This document shows positions 9,916 to 19,935 of a DNA stretch of 64,000 bases, in pieces. Source of the stretch: Nitrosopumilus sp. (GTDB lineage: Archaea; Thermoproteota; Nitrososphaeria; Nitrososphaerales; Nitrosopumilaceae); assembly GCA_965205215.1 (NCBI GenBank), contig OZ242041.1, positions 960,001 through 1,024,000 of the forward strand. Direction: 5' to 3'. Each line of letters starts with the position of its first letter. Positions within the stretch are counted from its first letter, which is position 1. The position numbers and the translations under genes were made by a program. The notes beneath the pieces were generated by a model. The model did no database searches. It saw only the letters and a list, made by a program, of their open reading frames with translations, and was not told the origin of the DNA.

Positions 9916-12644
9916 CGGGCAGATCGACGTACTGATCAAGGAGCGCGGCTGGCCACACGTGATCATGGAATGCAAGATCGGCAAAAAGCCGGAGGATGTG
10001 GACAAGCGGTTTGACAACACATTCAAGGACAAGACGAAACCCGGCATAGTATTTGAGGTAAAGTATCCGGAATGGCTGCGCCGCGCCGGCGCCGGAAAAC
10101 TTGAGGATGCAACGCTCTGGTACTGCGTATGGTATAACAAGCATACTAGGTTTCCGAAGGACGGTTGGCTAGAAGGTACTGCATACGATCTCGCGACCGC
10201 CGTCCAGTATTCAAGAGAGTTCAAGGGGTATGCGGAGGGTGCAACGAAACTGCATGATGCGGTCATGGAAGCGGCATCCGCAATGAACGTACTGTCGAAG
10301 AAGATACAAAAAAGTATAAGCCACATAATGGAACAGGAGCGATCCATACAGACGCATGCCACTGCAGCCCTCGTGGTCGCGGGCGCGCTGAGGTTCCACG
10401 ATACTGCAGCAGAGTCGCACGATGTCGAGCTGATTGGCAGCATGCTGGACAGCGAGGGTTACATCAACACTGCAAAACTCGTACCCGCGTGGAAGGAGAT
10501 ACTGAAACACGACTACTATCCGATATTCTCATCGGCTCTGCAGATCATAAGCGAACTGCCGCAGGATACGGCCTCGAACATAGTCAGGCTGCTGCACCGC
10601 GCCAACGGCGATCTTGCGCGCATACACCTGAGCAACTCATCCGACCTGTACGGGCAGACATACCAGCAGATAATCTCCGACAGGAAGAAACTGGCCGCAT
10701 TCTATACGAGGCCGCCGTCGGCAGCCCTCTTGGCCGCCGTCTCCGTACCTGACAAATGGCGCGATTCCGAGTCGCTGCGGAATGTGCGCGTCGCGGACTT
10801 TGCATGCGGCACGGGCACGCTGCTACACACCGTCTACAGGCAGCTTGCGGCCAATTATGAGATCGCCTCCGGGCAGCCCATGGCCTCCATGCATTCGCAC
10901 ATGATGGCCAACTGCCTGATTGGCGCCGACGTGCTGCCGATTGCAACCCACCTGACGGCCGCCGTACTGTCAAACACGTATCCAAGGCAGCCGTACGAGC
11001 AGACCCGCATATTCCAGCCCCGGCAGGGGACAACAGACCACAAGATAGGCTCGCTTGAGTGGATAACCGAGAGCGCCAAATTGGATGAGAGCGAGACCCA
11101 TCTTACCGGCGTTGGCGAGCAGGGCACGAGCACGCCGCCGGCGCACGGCTCGTGCCACGTCGTAATCATGAATCCCCCGTATTCCCGCTCGCAGGGACCT
11201 GGGGGACGTACCGGTTCAGGCAGTGATGTCGACGGGGGGGGGGGGAGACCCGGTTCAGTTGTTCACGGCGTTTGGCGCCACCGACAAAGACCGAAGAAAG
11301 ATGGGGGAACGCGCGACCGAGCTGTTCAGGCCGCCGACAAAGACCGTAACCAGAAGGACATACTGCGCGGACAAGCGCGCAGGCCTGGGCACGTTCTTCA
11401 TGGATTTGGCGCACGCCAAGCTCGGGAAGGGCGGGAGCCTGGGCCTCGTCCTGCCGATGACTGCCGCAACCGGCGTAAACTGGAGAAAGTTCCGCAGCAT
11501 CATTGAAACCGAATATACGGATGTGATAGTATTCAGCGGGAGGTTCTCTGCCGACACCGGCATGAAGGAGATCATCATATCGGCCAAGAAACTCAGGGAA
11601 GACGAGGCACCGTCCGGACGCGGGGTGTTCGTGTCCCTGGACAGGCAAATTGACACCATACTGGAGGGTGTCTGCATAGGAAAGGCGGTACGCAATCTAT
11701 CCATGCTGTCGCTTGAGGATGCCATGCAGGGGAGCACGCGCATACTGGTGGGCGATGACGAGATGGGTTCTGCACTCGACTGCCCGTTGCAGGACGGATG
11801 GCATACCGTGGACGCGGCGGACTTTACGCTGCACCAGATCGTGCAGCATTTGAGGCAGGGCAAGCTGTACCTGCCGTACATGTCGTCCCTGCTTGACCTC
11901 GCCACCACCACCATGTCTGAAATTGCGGACGTGGGTCCCTCTGATCTTCAGATTCTCGGAGGCGAGGCCCAGCCGGGAAGGACCACAAGCTATTCCGGAC
12001 CGTTCAACCTGCGTGATTATAATCCACGCAGCACATACTCGACGCTTTGGAGTAACCACAACAAAACCCAGCAGCAGATGATAGTAAGGCCGGACCATAC
12101 ACTGGAGCCGCGTAAAAACTGCAATGTCGACAGCATAAAGAGACTCTGGAGAACCAGATCGAACATACACATGAACGTCACTACCGACACCACGTCCCAG
12201 GCACTGATGATGTCCTATACGAAGAAACCCGTGGTCGGCGGAAGAGCGTGGCCGAGTGTCATCACAAAGAGGAAATACGCCAAGGGGCTTGCTGTCTGGT
12301 GCAATTCAACACTCGGCATACTGTGCAGGTGGGCAATGTCAAACCACCAGCAGGTAGGCAGGAGTACGACATCACGCACCGCCCTGAAGGACCTGCTCGT
12401 TCTGGCGCCGTCCGGACTTGCATTGCTTGGCGAGGTGTTTGACGAGTTTGCCGAAAAGAAGTTTGACCGCATAATGAACCTCTGGAAGGACCCGGTGCGC
12501 ATTGACATGGACACGCATATGCTAAACCGGCTTGGCGTCGGAGGTGTTGACTTGGATGACTTGCGCGTGCGCCTGTGCGCAGAACCATCCATGCATGGAA
12601 GAAGACAGATCACCGAGTTGGAATCTGCACTGGCAGACAACTAA
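9812..12644 (+). CDS. Type IIG-like fused restriction endonuclease/N6-adenine methyltransferase, frameshifted at a G12 tract
   Basis: PD-(D/E)xK-like IDVLI..IMECKI; FYTRP; motif I DFACGTG; motif IV MNPPY. ORFs 9812..11506 and 11223..12644 join if G12 (11234-11245) loses one G. Confidence 0.85.
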
Positions 12645-12771
12645 CAGACACTGGTAAGTTAGTGACCTGAAATTTCTGAAAAGTCGGTGATCTAGGCGTG
12701 GGGTTTGGTGGCTGCCTTTGTTGCCGTCTGTATCATGATCGGTCACTTGTTCTTGCCCTCTGGATCCTATC

Positions 12772-13143
12772 ATCTCTCAATTCGTCAGTTTGTTCCGGCA
12801 ACGCGCTCCAGCAGCTATATCTGTCTAGAATGCTTGCCAGTTTGCCGTTCAGCATGGATTCTGTTATTGCCCGTCAGCAACAATTGTGCCTGTACCTATG
12901 TATGCAGTACAGTCACGCGACACAAGCGCCGTCAGTACCATCTAGTGTCCTTTCCTTCCACCGCCCTCTCAGCATACTCTTTAAGATCGCGGCTGCGCTT
13001 TTCACAGGGCGGGACTAGCAGGAGGCTTCAACTAATACCTTACACCGTAAGTAGTCGGTCCCAGATAGTTTCCAGAGAAGATCGTCTCCATATAACTTTC
13101 CAGTTCCTTTGCCGTGTTTAACAGGTCACGACTTCGCACTAGT
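12772..13143 (-). pseudogene. right arm of the long inverted repeat: decayed copy of the RM promoter region and first ~33 codons
   Basis: Minus strand reads ...MLNGKLASILDRYSCWSALPEQTDEL vs RM TLNDRLASILDRRSCWSALPEQTDEL; start TTG is changed to CGG and a stop follows soon after. Confidence 0.85.
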
Positions 13144-13978
13144 ATCTACGAAAAAGTGCTGGTGCAAATTCGTGATATGGAATCTAGGCACACCCGCAGG
13201 CACGACGCAATCAGCAAAATGCCCACCGCGGCGGCAGGCATTGTAACCGAGGGCGCCAACAAATGGAAAACCATCATTCAGAACAGCAACCTGTACCTCA
13301 TGGCGACTAACCAGAGGGTCTGATCACGAGAGTGTCGGAGACATCCGTTCTAACCGAAGGCCTGCACGACCAGGTTTGCCATTCTAAAGATGACATCAAC
13401 TATTGTCATTATCTTTTTTGTTCGTTTCATTTTTCTACCTCCTATATGGAGTGGCGATTTTTGCAACCGCCTGAACAACACTTCTTTCCTCAAAATTTAC
13501 TATTCCTGACTTTCTCGATCAGATCCTTGGGGGACTCTGCCACCACTACATCATACTTTATGAGGTAGGTATTAAGCTTGGCTATTGGTTTAAGATGGGT
13601 AAACTTGAGTAAAGATGTGACATGCTGAATCCGCCTCCCGCATCACAGATTCATAGCAGGTTGCGCGGGAAGGCCGTACGGCGCGGATACGGTACTCACT
13701 ACCTACCATGTGGGAGTGCCGGCAATGGGATTAAAATAAGGTGGCAATGCCGTGCCTAGATTCCATATCCCAAACTTGCACCAGTACCCAACTAAGAAAA
13801 ACATATTAGTTCGATAGAAGAATTATAGACATGGTTATTGAGAATTACTTTGATATTACATTTCCATACGCAGATTTGATTCTAAATTATAGTGAGAGTC
13901 TAGCACTGGCATATTCTGGTGCGGCACTTTATGCATTAACAAAAAAAAAACGGATAACTCGGAACGATCATGCAATTT

Positions 13979-14269
13979 TTACGCATGACTAAAACGAGTT
14001 AAAAACTCTAGCCCAGCCTTTGTAAGCTGTATTTCGTAAACCATGTAAACACTCCTTCCTCCAACTTGACGGTGTTTACGCCTTATTATGATCTGGCAAG
14101 ATTCTTCTAGATCGCGCGTTATATCATACCACGAACTAATAGGAATGCCTAGTTCTTGTGCCAGACCAGTAGTTTCAGTGAAATCTTCACCTATTTTTAT
14201 AATGAAATTTTTGTCTTTCAGACACTGTAACAGAACTCGTTTATAGTGAAAATATTTCCCTTTTCGCAT
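13979..14269 (-). CDS. winged-helix (MarR/ArsR-like) DNA-binding protein
   Basis: TGLAQELGIPISSWYDITRDLE helix-turn-helix, wing, then LTKAG. Confidence 0.7.
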   Translation of the reverse strand: MRKGKYFHYKRVLLQCLKDKNFIIKIGEDFTETTGLAQELGIPISSWYDITRDLEESCQIIIRRKHRQVGGRSVYMVYEIQLTKAGLEFLTRFSHA

Positions 14270-14424
14270 TCACAAGTGATGCACCTAGAGATATTTAAAG
14301 CGTATGAGAATCGGTGGTGCGAATTCGTGATGTGGATCAGAGTCTCGACTGAAATCCACATCACAAATTCGCACCAGCACCTTGCATGATATGACATAAT
14401 AACAAGAAGTACCCATGTGTAACG

Positions 14425-14508
14425 ATGGCAAAAGCCAGTAAAGGATCAGCCGGATGGCCTAGTAAGACCGGCAATCCCTCCGGAAAGGGGAGGGACAACA
14501 ACAACTAG
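14425..14508 (+). CDS. 27-aa micropeptide MAKASKGSAGWPSKTGNPSGKGRDNNN
   Basis: Manual translation; follows a site hairpin and precedes a GC hairpin (CCCCCC-GTAA-GGGGGG). Confidence 0.45.
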   Translation: MAKASKGSAGWPSKTGNPSGKGRDNNN

Positions 14509-14811
14509 CAGGGTGCTTTTATCCCCCCCCGTAAGGGGGGCACCCTTTCCAGCAATCAACCTCATGCCATCTGCGATCACGCCTAGCCCGTGCCTGACTC
14601 TACTCAAGTATGTAATTCCCAAAATATTTGAGACTGTTTGAAAGGTGGTGTGGCATGCAGGAGGGCCAATCTGCCCTACTTTTCAGGACGGCCACCGGTT
14701 ACCGGCGGCGGCAAAGGCAGGTCCCCGTTTTGACAGCGGATTACAGGTCACCAGTTCTTGACAACACCCGCCCACGCGACGAGTTATATAGCTGTAAGTG
14801 GTGTTTAAACC

Positions 14812-15087
14812 ATGCATCGGAACATCAGATACTATAGAAACAGCCCTGACTGGAGGCCTTCCCTTGGGGAGGCCATAGACAAGGCTCACTACAGAAACAG
14901 ACACTACCACGCGGTGTGTGATCCGGCCACCGGCGCATGTACAGAACATTATGATAAGCACGACCCTCATGAGTCAATACCGTCCCTTGTGCGACACATG
15001 TGGGACAGCGACCTAGGAAGGTTTGTGTTGGTAGCTCTAGGCATAATCACCGTCGTTGGTACAGCTGCAGTAGCACTGAGAAAGTGA
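14812..15087 (+). CDS. small His-rich protein with a C-terminal membrane anchor
   Basis: TTTAAA immediately upstream, C-terminal hydrophobic helix, T-tract downstream. Confidence 0.65.
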   Translation: MHRNIRYYRNSPDWRPSLGEAIDKAHYRNRHYHAVCDPATGACTEHYDKHDPHESIPSLVRHMWDSDLGRFVLVALGIITVVGTAAVALRK

Positions 15088-15307
15088 CCGTTTCACACTC
15101 CTTTTTTTTCACTACTAAATGAACTCAAGTATACGCCTGATCGTAACGGCTCCCAAATGATATATCTCACACGGCCAAGAAATCTGGTACGAATTCGTGA
15201 CTTCACCCATTGAGAATCATGACGTGATGTCTCCTTCTGGAGGTCACGAATTCGCACCAGTACCTACGAAATACTAGTTATATAGTGCACATTCGGCATA
15301 CCCATCA

Positions 15308-17177
15308 TTGACTCCTATTGCAACCTTGAAATGGCATTTTCCGCCGACCGTGGGTGGGCCAGAGCAGGGGTTCAACGACAGTGGCAAGGAATTCTTTACG
15401 GCGGGCATTCTGGAGCACGTCGTACGGGAGATCATCCAGAACTCGCTTGACGCAAAGGATCCACGGCATCCGGACAAGCCGGTAGTTGTGAGAATGAGTA
15501 AGATCGAACTGGAGCGCAGCGCGATCAACGCCAGTTCCCTCGCAAGGCACGTGGCAGAATCGTTGAAGTCCACCCGGGAAAAGAATAATGAAAAGGGAGT
15601 CAGGGTTTACCAACGCGCACTGAAAATGCTGAAAAGCCGTAAGATACCGGTCCTAGTGGCCGTGGACGAGAACACCACAGGACTGAATGATACGCGCTGG
15701 GCCAGGCTAGTGCACGAGGAGGGCACGACAAGCAAGGACGGCCCCGCGGCGGGCGGAAGCTTTGGCATAGGCAAGAACGCCCCGTACGCAGCGTCCGCGC
15801 TCGGATTGGTGTGCTACTCGACGCATTTCCCGAGCAGGCACCGGACCGAGATGTTCATCGCCCGGTGCAAGCTCGTCTCACATGCGGATCCAGATGACAA
15901 AAACAGGCAGTTGCAGCACGTCGGCCTTGGAACGTCTGAGGATTTTGACGGGAGGCGGTACCCACCAGTCATGGGCCGCGAGATCCACGAGGCGTTCAGG
16001 CTGAAAAAAACGGGCACGGGCATATTCATAGTTGGGTTCAAGGTGGAGCGCGACTGGGAAAAGATCGTCGTGCGCTCCGTGGCACGCAACTTTTTTGCCG
16101 CCATACACGACAAAAAGCTGTCCGTCCAAGTCGGGGATTTTGAGATCACAAACGAGACGCTGAACGACTGCCTTGAAAAGGAGTCCCAGAAGGCGTACTA
16201 TGAACTGTACAGAAACTCCGAGCAGCCGATCGCCGTTGGTGGTGGGGGGGGGGGGGTGGAACTTTTGCCTGAAGATCGCCACCGGCGACGAAAAGATGGG
16301 GAACAGCGTCGCATACGTAAACCGTCGCGGAATGCTGATCACCGCCAAAAAGGGGTTCACCGAGAACCCGTTCAGTGTGCGAATTGACATAGGCAGGTAT
16401 GTCGCGGTCGTCTGGGCCGCCGACGACGACACGGACGCGCGGATTAGGGAGATGGAACCGCCGACCCACGAGTCAATAGAATACAGGCGCATAGAGGAGT
16501 CGGATCGGCGCAAAAAGATAAGCGGCCGGCTCCAAGACGTGTCGAACGAGATCCGCGAACACATCAGGAAGAAGCTGGACCTCGAGACGTTTGATCAAAG
16601 GATGGAGCTCAGAGAGCTGTCGGACATCATACCGTACGTGTCCGATCCGGACAAGGACAACAAGAACGAAGACGATGGAACGAGCAGCCAGCCGAACCAG
16701 CAGATAGGAGTCCGGACTATACAGACCGGGAAGGGGATCATGCAGGCGGACGAGGTGGAAGAAGGGAGTGATGAGGAAACAAAACCGTCAGACGGCAAGG
16801 GTGGCGGGGGAGGCAGACCGCCAGACGACCCACCACCACCCAAGACGAAAAAGACCGCATCCAACATGAAAAACGTCCGTGTGGTGCGCCATGGCGCGGG
16901 GAAGCTCCGCGTGGCGTTCGACACGAAGACGGGCGCCAGCAAGTTCGTGATCAAACCCGCTGGGGAGGAGTACAAGGACGAGGCGCCGATCACCGTTGCG
17001 GCCACCGCGGGCGTGTCGGGCACCGGTGAAGTCGAGATACTGGACAAGAATACGATACGCGTGAACGCCAAACCCTGCTCGCGCGTGGTGCTGGACGTGT
17101 CGCCGGACGGACTGTCTGAATATACCGGCTACACCATACTGGAATACAGGGCTCGGAGGAGAAAGATTTCCAAATGA
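15308..17177 (+). CDS. GHKL/HATPase-family ATPase, frameshifted at a G13 tract
   Basis: REIIQNSLDA (N box), DENTTGL (G1), GGSFGIGK (G2). ORFs 15308..16387 and 16173..17177 join if G13 (16244-16256) loses one G. Confidence 0.8.
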
Positions 17178-18007
17178 ACACCATACTCTTGCCTCACCCC
17201 GTACTGCGTCCCGACGGTACAGACTACCGGACGGGCCTGGGGTTCAACATGTCGCTGACTGGCGAGCCCAAATACACGCTGGACGACAAGATACTGGTGC
17301 CGGTGCGGTTTGACCTGGAGAGCAGGTTCGTACGGGGACTGATACGCGGCGGAAAGGCCCGCATAATCGTGGTCGTAAAGTGCTCCCGCACGTACGAGCG
17401 TATGACGCTTGACGTGGACGTCACAGAAACCACACTGAAGCTCCCACTCGCCCGCTACGCGGACAAGATCAGACTTTTGCCGTACGTGTCCGCCACGGAA
17501 TCCATAGAGCGGTTCAAGTCGCCGGAGCACCACGCCGAGTTCTCCGACGTCGAGATCAATCTGCCCGCAGGCGCCATACTAGCCCGGGGCTCCGACACAG
17601 AACTCACGATAGATGCGTTGCAGACCCTGAGCGCCGCGATACAATTGGTGCCCGACGACAGACTCGAGGACGGGCAGTACGTCATTGATGTCGGGGGCGA
17701 CTACATACAGATATACATGAACGCGAAGACCTGCCGCGGCGTCGATGCCCTGCGCAAGACCAACCGCGGCCTCCTGTACCCGTCAGTCTACATGACTGTC
17801 CTGACGCACGCCATACAGAACGTCACAGCGGATCGCACCAGAAAGTGGGAGGAGGCCCTCAGGAAGACGCTTGAGAAAAACAACATGTGGATTGACGATG
17901 AGAATGACCGGAAAAGCGAGGCGTACGTGCATGCACAAAAACTGCTAAAGCATCCGGTGAGGTTCATCACGGCGGAACCGGCAGGAGGGGCGGACGGCGA
18001 TGAGTAA
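17174..18007 (+). CDS. hypothetical protein (PHPVL N-terminus), operonic with the ATPase
   Basis: ATGA overlap with the upstream stop; overlaps the downstream start. Confidence 0.8.
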   Translation: MNTILLPHPVLRPDGTDYRTGLGFNMSLTGEPKYTLDDKILVPVRFDLESRFVRGLIRGGKARIIVVVKCSRTYERMTLDVDVTETTLKLPLARYADKIRLLPYVSATESIERFKSPEHHAEFSDVEINLPAGAILARGSDTELTIDALQTLSAAIQLVPDDRLEDGQYVIDVGGDYIQIYMNAKTCRGVDALRKTNRGLLYPSVYMTVLTHAIQNVTADRTRKWEEALRKTLEKNNMWIDDENDRKSEAYVHAQKLLKHPVRFITAEPAGGADGDE

Positions 18008-19613
18008 ACTGTACAAACTCACGCCGGGCGCGTTCCACTGGCTGAATGCCAACATAGGGCGCAACAAGGACATGTACGGCGACCCGGATGCCGACTTTGC
18101 CGGACTGCTGGAGCGGGCGGACATCCACGAGTACAGGAAGCCGACAGAAGTAGAGGTCAGGAGCGAGATGACCCTCAAGCCGCCCGAAACCGACGATCCG
18201 AAGAAGGCGCATTTTGCAGACCGCCAGGCCATGGAGTTCTACAAGTGCTTGGAGGGCATGACGCCCCGGCTGGCCTCTGACCCGGAGATCTGGGCTTACG
18301 TGAACCACTTCCATCTGCACGGATACGGGATCCTACGCTGGCCGTGGACAAGCGGCTCGCAGAAATCACACATCCGGATGCACTGGCTCACAGCCAGAAA
18401 CCAGAAGATCTACGAGTCCAGCATCTCGGGCCGTACGTGGTGGATGGTTCACGTGGCGACCAAGGCGGCCGAGGCGTCCAACGGGGCATTCACCGCCGAG
18501 CAGGCGCTCAGACTGTTCGCGGACCATCCGGAATACTACCACCGGAGTATGCAGTACGAAGTGCTCCGCAACCCGATGATACTGGCCGAATGCGTCAGAT
18601 CGCTGCTCACGGACGCCAAGGGAATCAGCCGTGACGGATACGTGCAGATTGCCCGCGAGATAAACCGCGAGGCGGGCGCCAGATTACTGGACTCGGTCAG
18701 GCAGCCCGACGTGCGCAGGCTCGTGAGGAGGTCGTCCGACAGGCTCATGCGCATGCCGGAGTTCGTTCCGGACAGGAGGAACCTCAAGGGCGTAAGGACG
18801 TACAAGGTGCTCAGCCTCGGAGCGGGTACGCAATCGACTGTGATGGCCCTCATGGCCGAGGAGGGGTGGGGCGGCCTAGAGAAACCAGACATCGCCATAT
18901 TTGCCGACACTCAGTGGGAGCCGCCGCATGTCTACGAGCATCTCAAGTGGCTCGAAAAGCAGTTGTCATACGAGGTGGTGCGTGTCACCGCCGGGAACAT
19001 ACGAGAAAACGTGCTCGCCGGCGTGACTCCTGACGGAAACCACTTTCTGGACATGCCGGTATTCCTGACAAACAGGGACGGCACCAAGTCGGTGGCCGCA
19101 AGGCAGTGCACGAACCATTACAAGATAACGCCAATACACCAAGAACTACGACGGCAGTTGAAACTGGAGCCCGGCAGGCGCGCCCCCAAAAACTTGCAAG
19201 TCGAGATGTGGATGGGCATAAGCATGGACGAGTCCCATCGCATGAAGCCGAGCCGCGATGAGTGGATAACCAATAGGTTTCCGCTAGTCGACATGAACCT
19301 CACCAGGGCGCAACTCTACGACTGGTTCGCGGAGAGGCATCCGGGGCGCGAACTACCGCGAAGCGCGTGCGTCGGGTGTCCGTACCATACCAACATGGAA
19401 TGGAAGTGGCTCAAGGAGAACGACCCCAAGTCATTCCGGGACGCGGTGTTTATAGACAGGGCAATACGCGAGGTGCCGCAGATAAAGGGCACGTTGCGCG
19501 GCGAAGGATATCTGCACCGCGAAAGAATGGAGCTGGACAGTATAGACTTCAGCGCGGTTGACGATTATGAGGACTATATGGCAAGCGAATGCGAGGGACT
19601 CTGCGGTGTCTGA
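18000..19613 (+). CDS. fusion: DUF6339-like N-terminus plus PAPS-reductase-like (adenine nucleotide alpha-hydrolase) domain
   Basis: N-terminus ASDPEIWAYVNH...RWP...ISGRTWW; C-terminus SLGAGTQS (PP-loop), FADTQWE, CT..YKI.PI, GISMDE..R, RSACVGCPY, terminal ECEGLCGV. Confidence 0.75.
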   Translation: MSKLYKLTPGAFHWLNANIGRNKDMYGDPDADFAGLLERADIHEYRKPTEVEVRSEMTLKPPETDDPKKAHFADRQAMEFYKCLEGMTPRLASDPEIWAYVNHFHLHGYGILRWPWTSGSQKSHIRMHWLTARNQKIYESSISGRTWWMVHVATKAAEASNGAFTAEQALRLFADHPEYYHRSMQYEVLRNPMILAECVRSLLTDAKGISRDGYVQIAREINREAGARLLDSVRQPDVRRLVRRSSDRLMRMPEFVPDRRNLKGVRTYKVLSLGAGTQSTVMALMAEEGWGGLEKPDIAIFADTQWEPPHVYEHLKWLEKQLSYEVVRVTAGNIRENVLAGVTPDGNHFLDMPVFLTNRDGTKSVAARQCTNHYKITPIHQELRRQLKLEPGRRAPKNLQVEMWMGISMDESHRMKPSRDEWITNRFPLVDMNLTRAQLYDWFAERHPGRELPRSACVGCPYHTNMEWKWLKENDPKSFRDAVFIDRAIREVPQIKGTLRGEGYLHRERMELDSIDFSAVDDYEDYMASECEGLCGV

Positions 19614-19935
19614 CATAGTTTCGCGGCTCTCGGACCGCCCGGTTCCATTTGGGCGCATGTCCTACGAACACGTTGACGAGTCGCCCGGACTCTACTGCTT
19701 CTGGGTCCGCGGCGCGTGCCTGTACGTCGGCATGAGCATGAACCTGAGGAGGCGCCTGAGGGAGCACTGCGAGGCGGAGGACAACGTGCAGCTCGCCGAA
19801 TACTTTGAAGCGTACGGTTCGGAGATCGGGGCGGTGACTGTATATCATGACGCCCCCGAGGCGCGCCTGCGCGAGCTGGAGTCGGAGGCGATAAGAAGGA
19901 TGCGCCCGCTGACAAACAGACAGGGGGCACCATGA
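19606..19935 (+). CDS. GIY-YIG nuclease
   Basis: PGLYCF..LYVGMS.NLRRRL.EH...LE..I...P..N; likely GTG start at 19606. Confidence 0.8.
   Translation: MSDIVSRLSDRPVPFGRMSYEHVDESPGLYCFWVRGACLYVGMSMNLRRRLREHCEAEDNVQLAEYFEAYGSEIGAVTVYHDAPEARLRELESEAIRRMRPLTNRQGAP

Larger units (their letters stand above)
7742..15263. repeat. array of nine CTGGTGCGAATTCGTGA-like sites in alternating orientation
   Basis: Forward copies at 9545, 13159, 14314 and 15184; reverse copies ending at about 7768, 13142, 13784, 14377 and 15260. Confidence 0.85.

Noticed and set aside
13831-13992. 53-aa plus-strand ORF containing an A10 run
   Set aside because: It is short, has no motif and overlaps the end of the convergent wHTH gene; it cannot be supported as a gene.
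7742-15263. CRISPR array or canonical integron
   Set aside because: The repeats alternate in orientation with spacing from tens to thousands of bp, and there are no cas genes. There are no RYYYAAC/GTTRRRY attC cores, and the integrase is not recognisably IntI.
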